From the NCBI GenBank assembly GCA_964610745.1, contig CAZSYL010000017.1:1-44087 (forward strand): DNA of 44,087 nt, in the 5' to 3' direction. This DNA is from an uncultured Acidimicrobiales bacterium (lineage in GTDB: Bacteria > Actinomycetota > Acidimicrobiia > Acidimicrobiales > SHLQ01). Below, piece by piece: positions 28,366-39,085 of this stretch; the first letter of the stretch is position 1, and each line of letters opens with the position of its first letter. Below the pieces are notes generated by a model, which saw only the letters and a program-made list of their open reading frames with translations, was not told where the DNA came from and searched no databases. The translations under genes were made by a program, and so were the position numbers.

Positions 28366-29283
28366 TTAGCGATCATGCGCTGTGCCGATCAGATCGGCCA
28401 CGCGGCGCACGCCGGACGACTTGCACCATTTCTCGAGTTCGGTGGTGACTCGTGCGGTCGACCGGGGATCAGCAAATGTCGCTGTACCGATCTGGACCGC
28501 ACTTGCCCCGGCACGAAGGTACTGCACGGCATCTTCGGCGTCAGCGATACCCCCAACGCCGACGATCGGGAGTTCCGGGTGAGCTGCAGACACGTCAAAG
28601 ACCGCACGAAGCGCAACCGGACGCATTGCTGGGCCTGAGACTCCACCGCCTCCCCCACCGAGCACCGGTCGGCCGGTATCGGGGTCGAGGACCAGGCCGA
28701 GCAGTGTGTTGGTGAGTGTGACGGCGTCGGCACCGGCGTCGCCAGCAGCACCAGCGATCTCGGCAATGTCGGACACGTTCGGGCTGAGCTTTGCCCAGCG
28801 AGGCACCTCGAGTGATTCGGTCGCGGAGATGACGGTCGCCGCGCTCTCGCAGCTGTGGGCAAACATCTTGCGCCGATCCTCGATGTTTGGACACGACACG
28901 TTGAGCTCGACCGCGGTCAGATCGTCCTGGACCGAGACTAACGCCTCGGCCGCCTGACGGTATTCGTCGACCGTGCGTCCCCAGATGCTGGCGACGATCC
29001 GAGCTCCCGATGCGCGCAGTGCCGGAAGTTCGTCGGCAATCCAGCCCGCCACACCAGGACCCTGTAGGCCGACGCTGTTCATCATGGCGCCCGGAAGCTG
29101 CACGACCCTTGGGCCGGGATTTCCCTGCCAGGGCATGATCGACAACGACTTGACGACGAGTGCACCGAGCGAGTCGAGCGCAACGTACCGCCCCAACTCG
29201 CTGCCGTGCCCAGCGGTTCCCGATGCGGTCATGATCGGGGTCGGGAGCACGGTGTCCCCAACCCGCGTCGCCATATCGACCAT
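28366..29283 (-). CDS. pyrD: Dihydroorotate dehydrogenase, family 1 (1B-like catalytic subunit)
   Basis: ASGT, MMNSVGLQGPG, ELNVSCPN, KLSPNV, GGVSGPA, GASAVQIGTA; no membrane anchor. Confidence 0.93.
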   Translation of the reverse strand: MVDMATRVGDTVLPTPIMTASGTAGHGSELGRYVALDSLGALVVKSLSIMPWQGNPGPRVVQLPGAMMNSVGLQGPGVAGWIADELPALRASGARIVASIWGRTVDEYRQAAEALVSVQDDLTAVELNVSCPNIEDRRKMFAHSCESAATVISATESLEVPRWAKLSPNVSDIAEIAGAAGDAGADAVTLTNTLLGLVLDPDTGRPVLGGGGGGVSGPAMRPVALRAVFDVSAAHPELPIVGVGGIADAEDAVQYLRAGASAVQIGTATFADPRSTARVTTELEKWCKSSGVRRVADLIGTAHDR

Positions 29284-32200
29284 TACAGCACCGACCCTGC
29301 CGCTTCAGACTCCGAGGGCACCTGATTGTGGTAGTCCTGCAATGATTTGACGCTGAGCGGCGAATTCAGCCAGTCGGTCATCCCGCGAGAGGCTGCGAGG
29401 GCAGCTGAACCGGTGGTCAGCAGCGGAACACCGTGTGCTCCTGCGGCGGCTCGGATGTAGGCGCCATCGGCGCGCGGACCTCGGCCAGCGGGGCTGTTTA
29501 CCACGAGCGCGATCTTGCCTGCCTCGATCAGATCGACCGCTGTTGGCCCATCGACGGGTTCGACCGCCCCGGCGCTGGTCAACTTACTCAGGCGTTCGCT
29601 GACCGGAACACCAGCCGCCTCGAACACCGCAGCGGTACCGGGTGTGGCGACGATCGTGAAGCCCAGCTCAACAAAGCGCTTGGCAGCATCGATCCCGACC
29701 GCCTTGTCACGATCGGCGAGCGAGAAGAAGATCGTTCCCGATTCCGGAAGCGCCCCTCCGGCTGCCATCTGACTCTTGGTGAAAGCTCGTCCCGTCGTCG
29801 AATCGATACCCATGACCTCGCCGGTTGAACGCATTTCGGGTCCGAGCAGAGGGTCGGCATCTGGGAAACGGCTGAATGGCAGTACGGCTTCCTTCACCGA
29901 GACGTGACCCGTCACCGGATCTTTCACGAGCCCTTCGGCCCGCAGCTCGTCGAGTGATGCGCCGAGCATGACCCGTGCAGCGATCTTGGCGAGCGGAACG
30001 CCGGTTGCCTTCGCAACGAACGGCACCGTACGCGACGCGCGGGGATTCGCCTCAATCACATAGACCTGTTCACCCTTCACGGCAAACTGCACGTTGATCA
30101 GGCCCACGACCTTCAGCTCGTCCGCGATCGTGATCGCGTGCTTTTCGAGTGTGGCGATGACCTCAGCGGACAAATTCGGTGGCGGAATGACACACGCGCT
30201 GTCACCGGAATGCACTCCGGCTTCCTCGATGTGCTCCATGACCGCTCCGATCATCGAGTTTCCGAAGCTGTCTCGAATCGCGTCGACATCAACTTCGGTC
30301 GCGTCCTCGAGAAACCGGTCGACAAGGACCGGACGCTCTGCGGAGAGACCACCTTCGCGACCCAGCGACCCGAAGCGAGCCAACTCTTCCATGCCGGCTC
30401 GGAGGCCAGCGTCGTCGTAGACGATCTCCATCGCGCGTCCGCCGAGCACGTACGACGGACGAATGAGCGCTGGATACCCGATGTCGGAGATGATTTTGAG
30501 CGCTTCCTCGGTCGTCGTGGCGGTTCCGCCAGGAGGCTGAGGGATGTTCATTCGTTCACAGAGTGCGTTCCATTGCTCGCGATCTTCTGCAAGATCGATC
30601 GAAGACGGCGGCGTACCCGCAATGAGCTCGGCCGGTAGATCATTGGCCAGCTTGAGCGGAGTCTGTCCACCGAGCGACACGATGATGCCCATTGGCTTCT
30701 CGGCCTCGATGATGTTGTGAACGTCTTCGAGCGTCAGCGGCTCGAAGTACAGACGGTCACTGGTGTCGTAGTCGGTCGAGACCGTCTCGGGGTTGCAGTT
30801 GACCATGATCGTCTCGTAGCCAGCATCAGCGAGCGCAAAGCTGGCGTGAACGCAGCAGTAATCAAACTCGATTCCCTGACCAATTCGGTTTGGGCCCGAA
30901 CCGAGGATCATGACCTTTTCACGATCTGACGGGCGGACCTCACTGGTGTCTTCCCACGTCGAATAGTGGTAGGGCGTCTCCGCGTCGAACTCGGCGCCAC
31001 AGGTGTCGACCGTCTTGTACGTCGGTTCAACGCCGGCTGCCTTGCGGGCGGAGCGAACCTCGTCCTCGGCCGTAGACCAGAGGTACGCGAGCTGTGCATC
31101 GGAGAATCCGAACCGCTTGGCTCGCTTCCAGCCACGAGGGGTCATCGACTCGACCGACTCCTGCTCGAGCGAGTGACGCTCTTCGGTGATGCGCAGCATC
31201 TGATCGAGGAACCACGGATCGACCTTGGTGATCTCATGCACCTCTTCGACCGTCTTGCCCCGACGCAGCAAAGCTTCGAGTTTGAAGATCCTGTCGGCGC
31301 TTGGAATGTTCGCCTGGACCATCAACTCGTCGAGACTCAGCTCGTCTAGGGCGAGCTCACCAGCGTCGGCATTGAGACCGTCGCGTCCCAACTCGAGACT
31401 GCGCAAGCCTTTCTGAAGCGACTCCGGGAACGTACGTCCAATCGCCATTGCTTCGCCCACCGACTGCATCTGGGTCCCGAGAACACCCGACGTGCCGGGA
31501 AACTTCTCAAATGCCCACCGAGGAACCTTTGTGACGACGTAGTCGATCGTCGGCTCGAAGCTCGCCGGAGTCTCCTTGGTGATGTCGTTCTCGATCTCAT
31601 CGAGGGTGTAGCCAACAGCGAGGCGTGCGGCAATCTTCGCGATCGGGAAGCCGGTCGCCTTTGAAGCCAGCGCTGATGAACGCGACACGCGAGGGTTCAT
31701 CTCGATGACCACCTGTCGACCATTCGACGGATCCACCGCGAACTGGACGTTTGAACCGCCGGTCTCCACACCCACTCGACGCATCACGGCAAAGGCGTCA
31801 TCGCGCATCTTCTGCAGCTCGACGTCGGTCAAGGTCTGGGCAGGAGCAACCGTGATCGAATCGCCCGTGTGCACGCCCATTGGATCGAGATTCTCGATCG
31901 AGCAGACCACGACCTGGTTGTCCTTGTGGTCACGCATGACCTCAAGCTCGTATTCCTTCCAGCCCTTGATCGATTCTTCGATCAAGATCTCGCCGATTGG
32001 ACTGGCTGCAATTCCAGACGACGCGACCTGTTCGAACTCTTCTGCGGTTTCGGCAATACCAGTCCCCTTGCCGCCGAGGATGTACGCGGGGCGGATAATG
32101 ACCGGTAGCCCGAGTTCGTCCGCGATCTCGCGAGCGCGCTCCATGTCGTGGGCAATACCCGATTTCGGAACGTCGAGGCCTATCTCGATCATTGCTTTCT

Positions 32201-32597
32201 TGAACGAGTCACGATTCTCAGCCGTATCGATCGCTTCGGCATCTGCGCCGATCAGCTCGACGTCATGTTTCTCGAGAATTCCTGCTTCTTCGAGCTCCAT
32301 TGCGAGGTTCAACGCCGTCTGCCCACCGAGCGTTGGAAGCAGCGCATCTGGCTTTTCCTTCTCGATGATCGCTTCGAGGACCGAAACATCGAGCGGCTCG
32401 ACATAGGTGGCATCGGCGAAGTCGGGGTCGGTCATGATCGTGGCCGGGTTCGAGTTGGCCAGGATGATTCGGTAACCCTCGTCGCTCAGGACGCGACATG
32501 CCTGCGTTCCTGAGTAGTCAAACTCGCACGCCTGGCCAATGACGATCGGCCCGGAGCCGATCACCATGATCGAGGAAATATCGGTGCGTTTGGGCAT
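29283..32597 (-). CDS. carB: Carbamoyl-phosphate synthase large subunit
   Basis: [58 protein letters not shown]. Confidence 0.99.
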   Translation of the reverse strand: MPKRTDISSIMVIGSGPIVIGQACEFDYSGTQACRVLSDEGYRIILANSNPATIMTDPDFADATYVEPLDVSVLEAIIEKEKPDALLPTLGGQTALNLAMELEEAGILEKHDVELIGADAEAIDTAENRDSFKKAMIEIGLDVPKSGIAHDMERAREIADELGLPVIIRPAYILGGKGTGIAETAEEFEQVASSGIAASPIGEILIEESIKGWKEYELEVMRDHKDNQVVVCSIENLDPMGVHTGDSITVAPAQTLTDVELQKMRDDAFAVMRRVGVETGGSNVQFAVDPSNGRQVVIEMNPRVSRSSALASKATGFPIAKIAARLAVGYTLDEIENDITKETPASFEPTIDYVVTKVPRWAFEKFPGTSGVLGTQMQSVGEAMAIGRTFPESLQKGLRSLELGRDGLNADAGELALDELSLDELMVQANIPSADRIFKLEALLRRGKTVEEVHEITKVDPWFLDQMLRITEERHSLEQESVESMTPRGWKRAKRFGFSDAQLAYLWSTAEDEVRSARKAAGVEPTYKTVDTCGAEFDAETPYHYSTWEDTSEVRPSDREKVMILGSGPNRIGQGIEFDYCCVHASFALADAGYETIMVNCNPETVSTDYDTSDRLYFEPLTLEDVHNIIEAEKPMGIIVSLGGQTPLKLANDLPAELIAGTPPSSIDLAEDREQWNALCERMNIPQPPGGTATTTEEALKIISDIGYPALIRPSYVLGGRAMEIVYDDAGLRAGMEELARFGSLGREGGLSAERPVLVDRFLEDATEVDVDAIRDSFGNSMIGAVMEHIEEAGVHSGDSACVIPPPNLSAEVIATLEKHAITIADELKVVGLINVQFAVKGEQVYVIEANPRASRTVPFVAKATGVPLAKIAARVMLGASLDELRAEGLVKDPVTGHVSVKEAVLPFSRFPDADPLLGPEMRSTGEVMGIDSTTGRAFTKSQMAAGGALPESGTIFFSLADRDKAVGIDAAKRFVELGFTIVATPGTAAVFEAAGVPVSERLSKLTSAGAVEPVDGPTAVDLIEAGKIALVVNSPAGRGPRADGAYIRAAAGAHGVPLLTTGSAALAASRGMTDWLNSPLSVKSLQDYHNQVPSESEAAGSVL

Positions 32598-33700
32598 TAG
32601 TTCGCTCCGTTTCGAGCTGGGCTGGATTCCATGAGGGTCTCAAAGTCGTCGAACAGATATCGACTGTCGTGCGGTCCTGGACCGGCTTCTGGGTGGTACT
32701 GAACGCTGAACGCAGGAATGTCGGCGCACGAAAGCCCCTGGACCGTCTGATCGTTCAGGTTGATGTGGGTGAGCTCAGCGTCGACCAACGACGCCTCCTC
32801 GACTGCATAATTGTGGTTCTGTGAGGTGATCTCGACCTTGCGGTCACGCAGGCGCATCACCGGATGATTTCCTCCGTGATGACCAAAGGGCAGCTTGTAG
32901 GTGGATGCACCCAGAGTTGCGGCCAGCAACTGATGTCCAAGGCAGATCCCAAATATCGGCACCTGGCCGAGCAGTTCGGAGATTGTCTCGCGGATGTAGC
33001 CGAGCGGAGCGGGATCGCCGGGCCCATTCGACAGGAAGACGCCATCGGGGTTCATTGCCAGAATCTCAGAGGATGACGTGCTGGCGGGAACGACGGTGAC
33101 CGTTCCGAGGCGCTTGAGCTGTTCGAGAATCGATGTCTTGATGCCGAAGTCCATCGCCACGATCGTGCGCGGACCAACACCGGGGACCGTGTATGGCTCA
33201 CCGCATGTCACGGTCGCAACCAGGTCCACGCCGTCGGTGCCAGGTTCGGCTTTCGCCGCTGCGAGCAGCGTCGCCTGATCGGCGGTGCCGAATGCACCAG
33301 GCATCGCACCAAGATCGCGGATGTGGCGGGTCAAGCGGCGAGTGTCGAGCCCGGCGATACCCGCGATGTTGTTTGCCTTTAGGTACGTGGTGAACTCATG
33401 CTCACTGCGATAGTTGCTGGCACGACGAGCCGGGTCGCGCACGATCACGCCTCGACAGAACGAGGCCCGCGACTCGTGGTCGACGCTGTTCGTTCCGTAG
33501 TTCCCAATATGTGGATACGTGAACGTGATGATCTGTCCGGCGTAGCTCGGGTCGGTCAACACCTCCTGGTAGCCGGTCATGACCGTGTTGAACACGACCT
33601 CGCCGGTGCTGACGCCGTCGGGCGCCTCGGCACCAAACGCTTCGCCCTCAAAGACCGTGCCGTCGCTGAGGACAAGCGCTGCCTCGATGATTCCACTCAT
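32597..33700 (-). CDS. carA: Carbamoyl-phosphate synthase small subunit
   Basis: [27 protein letters not shown]. Confidence 0.99.
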   Translation of the reverse strand: MSGIIEAALVLSDGTVFEGEAFGAEAPDGVSTGEVVFNTVMTGYQEVLTDPSYAGQIITFTYPHIGNYGTNSVDHESRASFCRGVIVRDPARRASNYRSEHEFTTYLKANNIAGIAGLDTRRLTRHIRDLGAMPGAFGTADQATLLAAAKAEPGTDGVDLVATVTCGEPYTVPGVGPRTIVAMDFGIKTSILEQLKRLGTVTVVPASTSSSEILAMNPDGVFLSNGPGDPAPLGYIRETISELLGQVPIFGICLGHQLLAATLGASTYKLPFGHHGGNHPVMRLRDRKVEITSQNHNYAVEEASLVDAELTHINLNDQTVQGLSCADIPAFSVQYHPEAGPGPHDSRYLFDDFETLMESSPARNGAN

Positions 33701-34998
33701 TGGGTGATTACTCCTTGGTCAACCGTGATCTCACCTTCGACGATCGTGTACTTCACTCTTCCTCGCAGTTCCCGACCTTCGTACGGGGTGTTCTGACTTC
33801 TGCTCGCCATGTCCGCTCCCGATACCACCCACGTTTCGTCCAGGTCGACCACGGCGAGGTTCGCCCGGTTTCCTGCAGCGACCGGACGGCCGTGACGGTC
33901 GCCTATACCCGCAATGTCCGATGGCGCAGTACTCATCAACTCGACGACTCGTTCGAGAGGCAAATCGAGCTCGTTCAAGGCAAGCGAGAACGCTGTCTCA
34001 AAGCCGAGCATGCCGGGCGGCGCATGATCGAACGAGAACTCTTTGGTGTGGGGTTCGTGAGGCGCATGCTGAGTCGCGATGCAATCGATCGTGCCGTCGG
34101 CGAGCGCTTCGCGAATCGCGTCGACATCGTCGGCGGTCCGCAACGGTGGCTGCACCTTGAAGACCGGGTCATAACCCGCGCAGGCTTGATCGGTGAGCGT
34201 GAAATGGTGAGTTGTAGCCTCGGCGGTGAGGGCTAGACCTGATGCCTTCGCGGCCCGGATGATCTCCACACCGCCCGCGGTCGACACATGCTGAAAGTGG
34301 ATGCGAGCGCCGGTCAGGCTGGCAAGGGCTACGTCGCGCTGCATCATCAATGTCTCGGCGATTTCGGGGCGACCAGCGATCCCAAGGCGGGTCGACCACT
34401 CCCCTTCGTGCATGTGACCATGTCCGCTGAGTGCGGTGACGTCGCAGTGCTGGGCCAAGACGATGGGTTCCCCGTCGGTGACCGCCTCGAGTCCAGTCGC
34501 ATACTCCATGATCGAGCGCATCATCGCGGGGTTCTGCACGCCCGCCTCATCGTCGGTAAAGATGCGTACACCCATCGCGGCGAGTTCACCCATGGGTGTG
34601 AGCAGCTCGCCCTTTTGGCCAACGGTCAGCGCAGCGGCTGGCAGCACCTCGCACGCCGCTCCTTCGGCGAGCGCTAACACATCGCGCACGACCGACGGCG
34701 AGTCGATAGTCGGGTTGGTGTTGGGCATCGCGACGACGGCGGTAAAGCCGCCTAGGGCTGCGCCACGGGCTCCGGTCTCGATAGTTTCTGCTTCTTCATT
34801 GCCCGGCTCGCGCAGATGGGCGTGAATGTCGACCAGGCCGGGCATCACGACCATGCCGGTGATGTCGATCCGGCGCGCCGAGGGCGGGACGGGCAGATCG
34901 GAACCAACGGCGACGATCGAGTTGCCGGTGATCAGCAGATCGGCGACTTCTACACCGTTCGGACCAACGATCGATCCACCGCTTAGAAACGTGCTCAT
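33697..34998 (-). CDS. pyrC: Dihydroorotase homologue (type I) with catalytic Asp replaced by Gln
   Basis: DIHAHLREPG, MPNT, FTDD, QHC, QHVS, PPLR; ATQHAPH instead of ATDHAPH. Confidence 0.92.
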   Translation of the reverse strand: MSTFLSGGSIVGPNGVEVADLLITGNSIVAVGSDLPVPPSARRIDITGMVVMPGLVDIHAHLREPGNEEAETIETGARGAALGGFTAVVAMPNTNPTIDSPSVVRDVLALAEGAACEVLPAAALTVGQKGELLTPMGELAAMGVRIFTDDEAGVQNPAMMRSIMEYATGLEAVTDGEPIVLAQHCDVTALSGHGHMHEGEWSTRLGIAGRPEIAETLMMQRDVALASLTGARIHFQHVSTAGGVEIIRAAKASGLALTAEATTHHFTLTDQACAGYDPVFKVQPPLRTADDVDAIREALADGTIDCIATQHAPHEPHTKEFSFDHAPPGMLGFETAFSLALNELDLPLERVVELMSTAPSDIAGIGDRHGRPVAAGNRANLAVVDLDETWVVSGADMASRSQNTPYEGRELRGRVKYTIVEGEITVDQGVITQ

Positions 34999-35915
34999 AC
35001 GACACCTCCGCTCGACCCGACGACCAGGTAGAGGACGGCCATCCGCACGGTTACTCCGTTGGCGACCTGATTGAGAACTCGCACTCGAGGGTCGTCGATG
35101 ACTTCGGGTGAGATCTCGATTCCGCGATTCATGGGGCCGGGATGCATGATCAACGCGTTGTCGGAGAGTTGCTTGGCCCGCTTTGGGTTTAGCCCGAAGC
35201 TGCGGTGGTACTCGCCAAGGGATGGCACAAGCGCCTGATCCATGCGTTCGTGCTGCATGCGCAGCAGGTAGAGCACATCGGTGTCGGCGAGCACGCCGTC
35301 GAGCGAGTGCGACACGGTCGCGCCAAGAGCTTCGACATGTGGGGGCAGCAGGGTCGGCGGCGCAACGAGCGTGACGTTGGCACCGAGGGTGGAGAATGCC
35401 TCGATATTGCTGCGTGCCACCCGGCTGTGGGAGATATCACCGACGATTGCAATGTTGAGGCCGTCGAAGGTGCGTCCCTCGTCGCGGATCGTGTAGACGT
35501 CGAGTAGCGACTGGGTGGGGTGTGCATGCCAGCCGTCGCCAGCGTTGATCACCGACGCATCTGCCCACTGTGCAACCTGGCGAGGCGCACCCGAGGACCG
35601 GTGTCGCACGACGATGGCGTCGACGCCCATGGCCTCGATCGTCTCGACCGTGTCACGCAACGATTCGCCCTTGTTCACCGACGAAGACGATGCGCTGAAG
35701 TTCAACACGTCAGCGGACAGCCGTTTCGCTGCGGTCTCGAACGACGTACGCGTTCGGGTCGAATCCTCAAAGAACATCGAGGCGACCGTCTTGCCCCGAA
35801 GCGCTGGAACCTTCGGGATGGGTCGGGCGCTCACCTCGGCCATGCTGTCGGCGGTCAGCATGATTTCGTTGATTCCGTCCGCGCCAAGGTCAGCGATTGT
35901 TAGGAGATCTTTCAC
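34995..35915 (-). CDS. pyrB: Aspartate carbamoyltransferase catalytic subunit
   Basis: FFEDSTRT, KGESLRDT, HPTQSLLD, HPGPMNRG; GTG 35915 overlaps the pyrR stop. Confidence 0.98.
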   Translation of the reverse strand: MKDLLTIADLGADGINEIMLTADSMAEVSARPIPKVPALRGKTVASMFFEDSTRTRTSFETAAKRLSADVLNFSASSSSVNKGESLRDTVETIEAMGVDAIVVRHRSSGAPRQVAQWADASVINAGDGWHAHPTQSLLDVYTIRDEGRTFDGLNIAIVGDISHSRVARSNIEAFSTLGANVTLVAPPTLLPPHVEALGATVSHSLDGVLADTDVLYLLRMQHERMDQALVPSLGEYHRSFGLNPKRAKQLSDNALIMHPGPMNRGIEISPEVIDDPRVRVLNQVANGVTVRMAVLYLVVGSSGGVV

Positions 35916-36523
35916 GAATCGCCCTCCCGGGTTCCTGTTTCGATCAATTCGGTGGTTCCGAGCTCGACGCCATCGAGTGAGACCCGGACGCTTTCGTTTC
36001 GTGAAGTGGGAAGGTTTTTGCCCACAAAATCCGGTCGGATTGGAAGTTCGCGATGCCCGCGGTCGACCATCACGGCGAGTTGAATGCTCTTCGGACGACC
36101 AAAGTCGGTGACGGCGTCGAGTGCTGCCCGCACGGTACGTCCGGTGAAGAGGACGTCGTCGCACAACACCACGTGCTTGTCGGTAACCGAGTACGGCATT
36201 TTGGTGACCTCGGGGAGGATGGAGGTTGTCGAGATGTCGTCCCGATAGAAGCTGACGTCGAGCGTTCCGTATTCGACCGAGCGATCCTCGATGCTCTCGA
36301 GCGCGGCTGCAATTGCCTCGGCGATGGGCACACCGCCACGCTCCATGCCGATGATGATCACCCCATCGAGGCCGCTATTGGCCTCGATGATCTCGTGGGC
36401 CATGCGCTTGAGTGCACGGGCCATGTCGGCGGCTGAAAGAACGGTGGTCTGGGGAACGAATCTGCTCAACCCACTTCGACCAAAGGCGACCGCACGGGTT
36501 CGCCGAAGATCAGCGTCTGTCAT
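35912..36523 (-). CDS. pyrR: Pyrimidine operon regulator / uracil phosphoribosyltransferase PyrR
   Basis: RMAHEIIE, FYRDD, DDVLFTGRTVRAA, DRGHRELPIRPDFVGKN; GGAGGAG upstream of the ATG. Confidence 0.97.
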   Translation of the reverse strand: MTDADLRRTRAVAFGRSGLSRFVPQTTVLSAADMARALKRMAHEIIEANSGLDGVIIIGMERGGVPIAEAIAAALESIEDRSVEYGTLDVSFYRDDISTTSILPEVTKMPYSVTDKHVVLCDDVLFTGRTVRAALDAVTDFGRPKSIQLAVMVDRGHRELPIRPDFVGKNLPTSRNESVRVSLDGVELGTTELIETGTREGDS

Positions 36524-36532
36524 TACTCCTCC

Positions 36533-36567
36533 ATCCGTACAGGCCTCACGGGACCCGCTTCACGAAC
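36533..36567 (-). promoter_or_regulatory. PyrR-binding stem-loop abutting the pyrR ribosome-binding site
   Basis: GTTCGTGAAGCGGGTCCCGTGAGGCCTGTACGGAT holds a TCCnGnGAGG core like the PyrR binding loop, with pairing GCGGG/CCTGT and GTTCGT/ACGGAT, directly before GGAGGAG. Confidence 0.85.
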
Positions 36568-36669
36568 AAATTTCACCGTAGTGGTTTCGCGATGCTCTCG
36601 CACGACCGGGGCCAAGAATGTCGGCAATTTCTTGCCCGACTGGGTCCAATATCGGTGAGTTGGCTCTCG

Positions 36670-37209
36670 ATGCCGGGCGAGCACAATGACCGGCTTGCCT
36701 TCGCTGCCCCAGAACTGATCAGAGGCGGTCCAGCGACCGAACAAGACCTCGCGCCAGCGCTCAAGGTTCTCGGAATCGAGCGAGACCAAGTGATTGCCGC
36801 ACAGTGGGCTGACAACGGGCCCGGCTGGTTGGCGGTGATGTTGGAGGACGCCGACGTTGTGCTCGCCATCACTCCCGATTTCAGCAAGGCTGAAAGCGAA
36901 GGTCACGGCGTCATCGGACCGGTACCTATTGGGCTCGTCGGCCAGCACTCTAGCGATGCCGATCTGGCGATCGAGGTCCGAGCGTTCTTTACCGCCAACG
37001 GCCAAGCGACCGAAGACCCGGTCACCGGAAGTCTCAATGCCGCCCTCGCCATGTGGCTACTCGACGATGGAACGCTGGACGCTCCTTACGTGGCCCGACA
37101 GGAAACCGCTCTCGACCGACGCGGTTATGCCCACATCGACCAAGCCGACGGCGAGATCTGGGTGGCCGGCGACGCCGTAACGGTCATGACCGGCCACACC
37201 ACCATCTAA
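36670..37209 (+). pseudogene. N-terminally truncated PhzF-family epimerase/isomerase
   Basis: LAFAAP, DNGPGW, EVRAF, EDPVTGSLNAALA, YVARQ, IWVAG are present; N-terminal GNP, NLSET and GHPT motifs were not found upstream. Confidence 0.7.
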
Positions 37210-37210
37210 T

Positions 37211-38485
37211 TCAGTTGAAGACGACACCGTCTGCAAGTAGTCCGTTGAAGTTTCCGCACTCGCGCTCCATGACCTCGCCGTTGACACGCCAGCGAAGGAG
37301 GTAGTCCGCGAAGGAGTCGGTGATCTGGGTCTCGAAGCCGACCACGGTCGTCAGAAACGTCGATCCGGTAGCGTCACCCAAGCGCAGGTGATAGCGATCG
37401 CCGTCGGCACCAAAGTTGTCCCAGGTGACACGATCAAAGATGACGTCGCAGGCTGGGTCGCCAGTGGGGATGAACGGTCCCGCGTCTATGACATCATCCT
37501 CCGGAGCTGGATCGACAAGATTCCCATCGAGACCGAACACCTCGCCGGGTGCGAGAGGACGTGAACACGATGCTTCCTGAACCTCACCGTTGACTCGCCA
37601 CCGAAGCACGAAATTCTGAAATGGCTCCACTTGGGCTTCGAAGCCAACGACCGTGCGGACGAACGTCGAACTTCCCGCTCCGTCAGAAAGACGCACGTGG
37701 TACCGGTCCCCGTCAGCATTGAGCTCAATCCAGGACAGGAGGCCGTCGTTGTTGAGCGAGCATGCGCCAAAGTTCCCGAGGTCACCAGGACCGAGCTCGA
37801 AAATCACGTCGCCAATCTCAGGGGCTGGCTGTGGATCTGGCAACGGAGCCAGGTCTAGCGGCCTGCCGTCAAGGTCGCCTCCGACAAGAGCGGGGGCACT
37901 CGGGCAGGCAATGTCGTTCACTTGCCCGCCATCACGGAACCGCACGAACGCTTCGGTTTCCTGTCCGACATTCACCGTCGCAACTCCGCCTTGGAAGTCG
38001 CCGCTCTCCAGGGTCGTCACCCAATCAGATGCCCCTCCCGGAGTTCCCGTCCGAACATGCACCGGAAAAATCGCGCCGCTCTCTTCGGCAACCGTCACTT
38101 CAAAGAACTGTCCCGGATTCGCCGAGACCGTACAGTTGAAGGCGCTCGCTGCCGCGGGAGCGCGATCGCAGATGGTCCCGATGCTGGACCCGTTGGCCCG
38201 CCACCGAAGCTCATATTGCGCGTCGGGTTCATCTACCTGTGTTGAAAAGCCGACGACCGTGCGCTCAAAACTCGAGCCTCCGGCACCGTCACGAACGCGG
38301 ACGTGGTATTCGCCGCGGCTGGCACCCCGATCGCTCCAGGAGAGCACACCGTCGCGACCTAATTCACAAAAGTTTGCTTCGCCGGTCGTCTGGGCCAATG
38401 CCGCGCCGCCTCCGATCGCCAAAACACTCGCTATAAGTGCGAGCAGCAAAGAGCTCCCGCCAAACACACGCCGTATATCCACCAT
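37211..38485 (-). CDS. Secreted hypothetical protein with four Cys-bracketed repeats
   Basis: Signal peptide ending ALA; repeats C..W..YH(V/L)R..TVVGF..LRWRxNG..C separated by Pro/Asp-rich linkers; GAGGG upstream of the ATG. Confidence 0.8.
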   Translation of the reverse strand: MVDIRRVFGGSSLLLALIASVLAIGGGAALAQTTGEANFCELGRDGVLSWSDRGASRGEYHVRVRDGAGGSSFERTVVGFSTQVDEPDAQYELRWRANGSSIGTICDRAPAAASAFNCTVSANPGQFFEVTVAEESGAIFPVHVRTGTPGGASDWVTTLESGDFQGGVATVNVGQETEAFVRFRDGGQVNDIACPSAPALVGGDLDGRPLDLAPLPDPQPAPEIGDVIFELGPGDLGNFGACSLNNDGLLSWIELNADGDRYHVRLSDGAGSSTFVRTVVGFEAQVEPFQNFVLRWRVNGEVQEASCSRPLAPGEVFGLDGNLVDPAPEDDVIDAGPFIPTGDPACDVIFDRVTWDNFGADGDRYHLRLGDATGSTFLTTVVGFETQITDSFADYLLRWRVNGEVMERECGNFNGLLADGVVFN

Positions 38486-38557
38486 CACATATCCCTCTTC
38501 CAAGTGAGTCCTTCAACAACCCAATCGAGCGAGACGGCAAGAAACTGTCGAAAGTTT

Positions 38558-39082
38558 TTATGGCACCCGATAGATAAACGCTCGCCGATGGCTCTTCGTC
38601 GGCACTTCGGGCCACGCGACCGACTCCAGCAAACCAATGGCTGGGGCGTTTTTGGGGTCGACGAGCGCAACGAGGCCGGCGAGTTCGAGCTCAGCGGCAA
38701 GATCTTGTGCGAATGCCAGAAGTGGTTTGCCCACGCCCTGCCCGCGGAAGGCCTCCCCTAACCAAAATCCGACCTCGGCGATGCCCTGGCTTGGATCGAC
38801 CTGAAGCCCAATCTCCCCAGCAACGTTCTCGCTGGTTTCGTCGACCATCACAACGTCGACGCCGACGCTCGCTTCGTTCTGCGCGCTCGTACCCCGAATC
38901 CACGACTGAGCAAGTTCGAGACCGGGTTCGGGGGGCACGGGATTCCACTCGGCGATGTCGGGGTCGTTCCAAGCATCGACGAGGGCGGACGCCCAGCGTT
39001 CATCCCACGTTCCTAGAGAGAAGGCGCCTCGGGATTGGATTCGGGCGACCACCTCGGCGATTGTCCGAGGCGCTGGCTCCAC
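38558..39082 (-). CDS. GNAT (RimJ/RimL-type) acetyltransferase
   Basis: AEVGFWLGEAFRGQGVG, V.PKNAPAIGLLE. Confidence 0.85.
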   Translation of the reverse strand: MEPAPRTIAEVVARIQSRGAFSLGTWDERWASALVDAWNDPDIAEWNPVPPEPGLELAQSWIRGTSAQNEASVGVDVVMVDETSENVAGEIGLQVDPSQGIAEVGFWLGEAFRGQGVGKPLLAFAQDLAAELELAGLVALVDPKNAPAIGLLESVAWPEVPTKSHRRAFIYRVP

Positions 39083-39085
39083 GCG

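Noticed and set aside
35916-36164. Long N-terminal extension of pyrB in the ORF track
   Set aside because: Overlaps pyrR in another frame; the likely start is GTG 35915.
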